A stretch of 64,000 nucleotides of DNA, from contig NW_026889758.1 of assembly GCF_033153115.1 (NCBI RefSeq), positions 22,816,001 through 22,880,000 of the forward strand, in the 5' to 3' direction. This document shows, in pieces, positions 63,144 to 64,000 of the stretch. The position numbers and the translations under genes are program-made. Position 1 is the first letter of the stretch. Every line of letters begins with the position of its first letter. This stretch comes from Saccostrea echinata. Lineage: Eukaryota. Below the pieces are notes generated by a model. The model was not told the DNA's origin and did no database searches. It saw nothing but the letters and a program-made list of their open reading frames with translations.

Positions 63144-63420
63144 ATGTCGGACTCAGGTAATAGTGCCTCTGACAACAATGGGGAAAATGAGGAACCCCAA
63201 CAGCTGCCGGATGTTGTTGGAGTTGTGCCCTCCTCTTTTGAAGTTTCTGTTCAGGAAGTAAACAATCAAGATGTGCAAGATGAATCGGAAAACAGAGATT
63301 GCTTAACAGACAACGACAAGTCAGAAGAATCAACACCATGTCAATTCAAACGAAATGTAACATTCCCTGAAGATTCCCTAGTAAAAGGATACTTAGATCC
63401 TCCAGATCCATGGAGAAATG
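63144..63420 (+). CDS. PPP1R37: Protein phosphatase 1 regulatory subunit 37 (LRRC68)-like, first coding exon; the gene continues beyond the window
   Basis: Acidic N-terminus followed by KRNVTFPEDSLVKGYLDPPDPWRN (RVxF PP1-docking motif + DPW, as in PPP1R37 KRVTFP…DPW). Donor G|GTAAAT at 63420/63421. Confidence 0.8.
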
Positions 63421-64000
63421 GTAAATCATTGTTGATTAATTTGTGCTTCTTAGTCTTGCACAACAAGGTCATTAAACTCGTTAATACTACTCCTTTATGA
63501 TAATATGCTTTATTGTCTTTGGAGGTTTGTGTGTCGCTACCTTAAGGCAAGACGACACGTTCCTCAATAATATGTAATTTTTTCGAAGAGTTTGTCATTG
63601 AAGTATTGCTACTTTAACAAGTTTCCTCACAAAAAATTAAGATACCTTAACAAGCATTTTTGCAAGATACCAGAGATGCTATTTACTATAGAATTCTATT
63701 GAAAATCACTAGCTTTGTCAATATTACAAGCAATTGGTGTCCTTATCTACTAAGATATTTTGAAAACAGTTTAAAATTAATAAAAATCACAAGTCAATGA
63801 TAATTATGATTAATTTGTTGTATATTATAAAGAAATACCAAACAGATATTCAAGCAACGTATCATCAGACCTTAATTTGATCTTACCTCTTTTGTAAATT
63901 GAACTACTGTTTCATTTTGTAAGTTATACCTTGGTAATAAATATTTTTTCTTTTAATTAAACTGATTGTTTAGAAAAATAATACCTTTATTGATTATTTA

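Overview
AT-rich, intron-containing eukaryotic DNA. The repeat content (HINE/Helentron-type elements, a Meta-type tRNA SINE) points to a bivalve mollusc, probably an oyster; this is an inference. There are two N gaps near 39.4-40.0 kb. Host genes reconstructed by hand from splice sites: a P-loop NTPase exon at the left edge (-); the last three exons of a PAP2/phospholipid phosphatase (+); a complete 5-exon secreted antistasin-like + 2x Kunitz gene (-, 276 aa); a complete BCS1L (+, 4 coding exons, 420 aa); a complete VRK1-like kinase (-, 12 coding exons, 486 aa); and the first coding exon of PPP1R37 (+), head-to-head with VRK1. The most unusual structure is a ~13.8 kb foldback-like element (26324-40141). 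Its modular inverted arms are a ~200 bp unique end, an AT-rich block and ~2.7 kb of a 21-bp minisatellite, and it ends ~205 bp before the BCS1L ATG. Inside it is a young 2.4 kb LTR element with non-canonical TA...TA LTRs and one zinc-knuckle + coiled-coil ORF. Four unrelated-looking Crypton-like element families share one architecture that ends in a ~150 bp hairpin capped by a GAA mini-loop. A candidate micro-exon gene, not resolved by the ORF track, lies at 21-25 kb.
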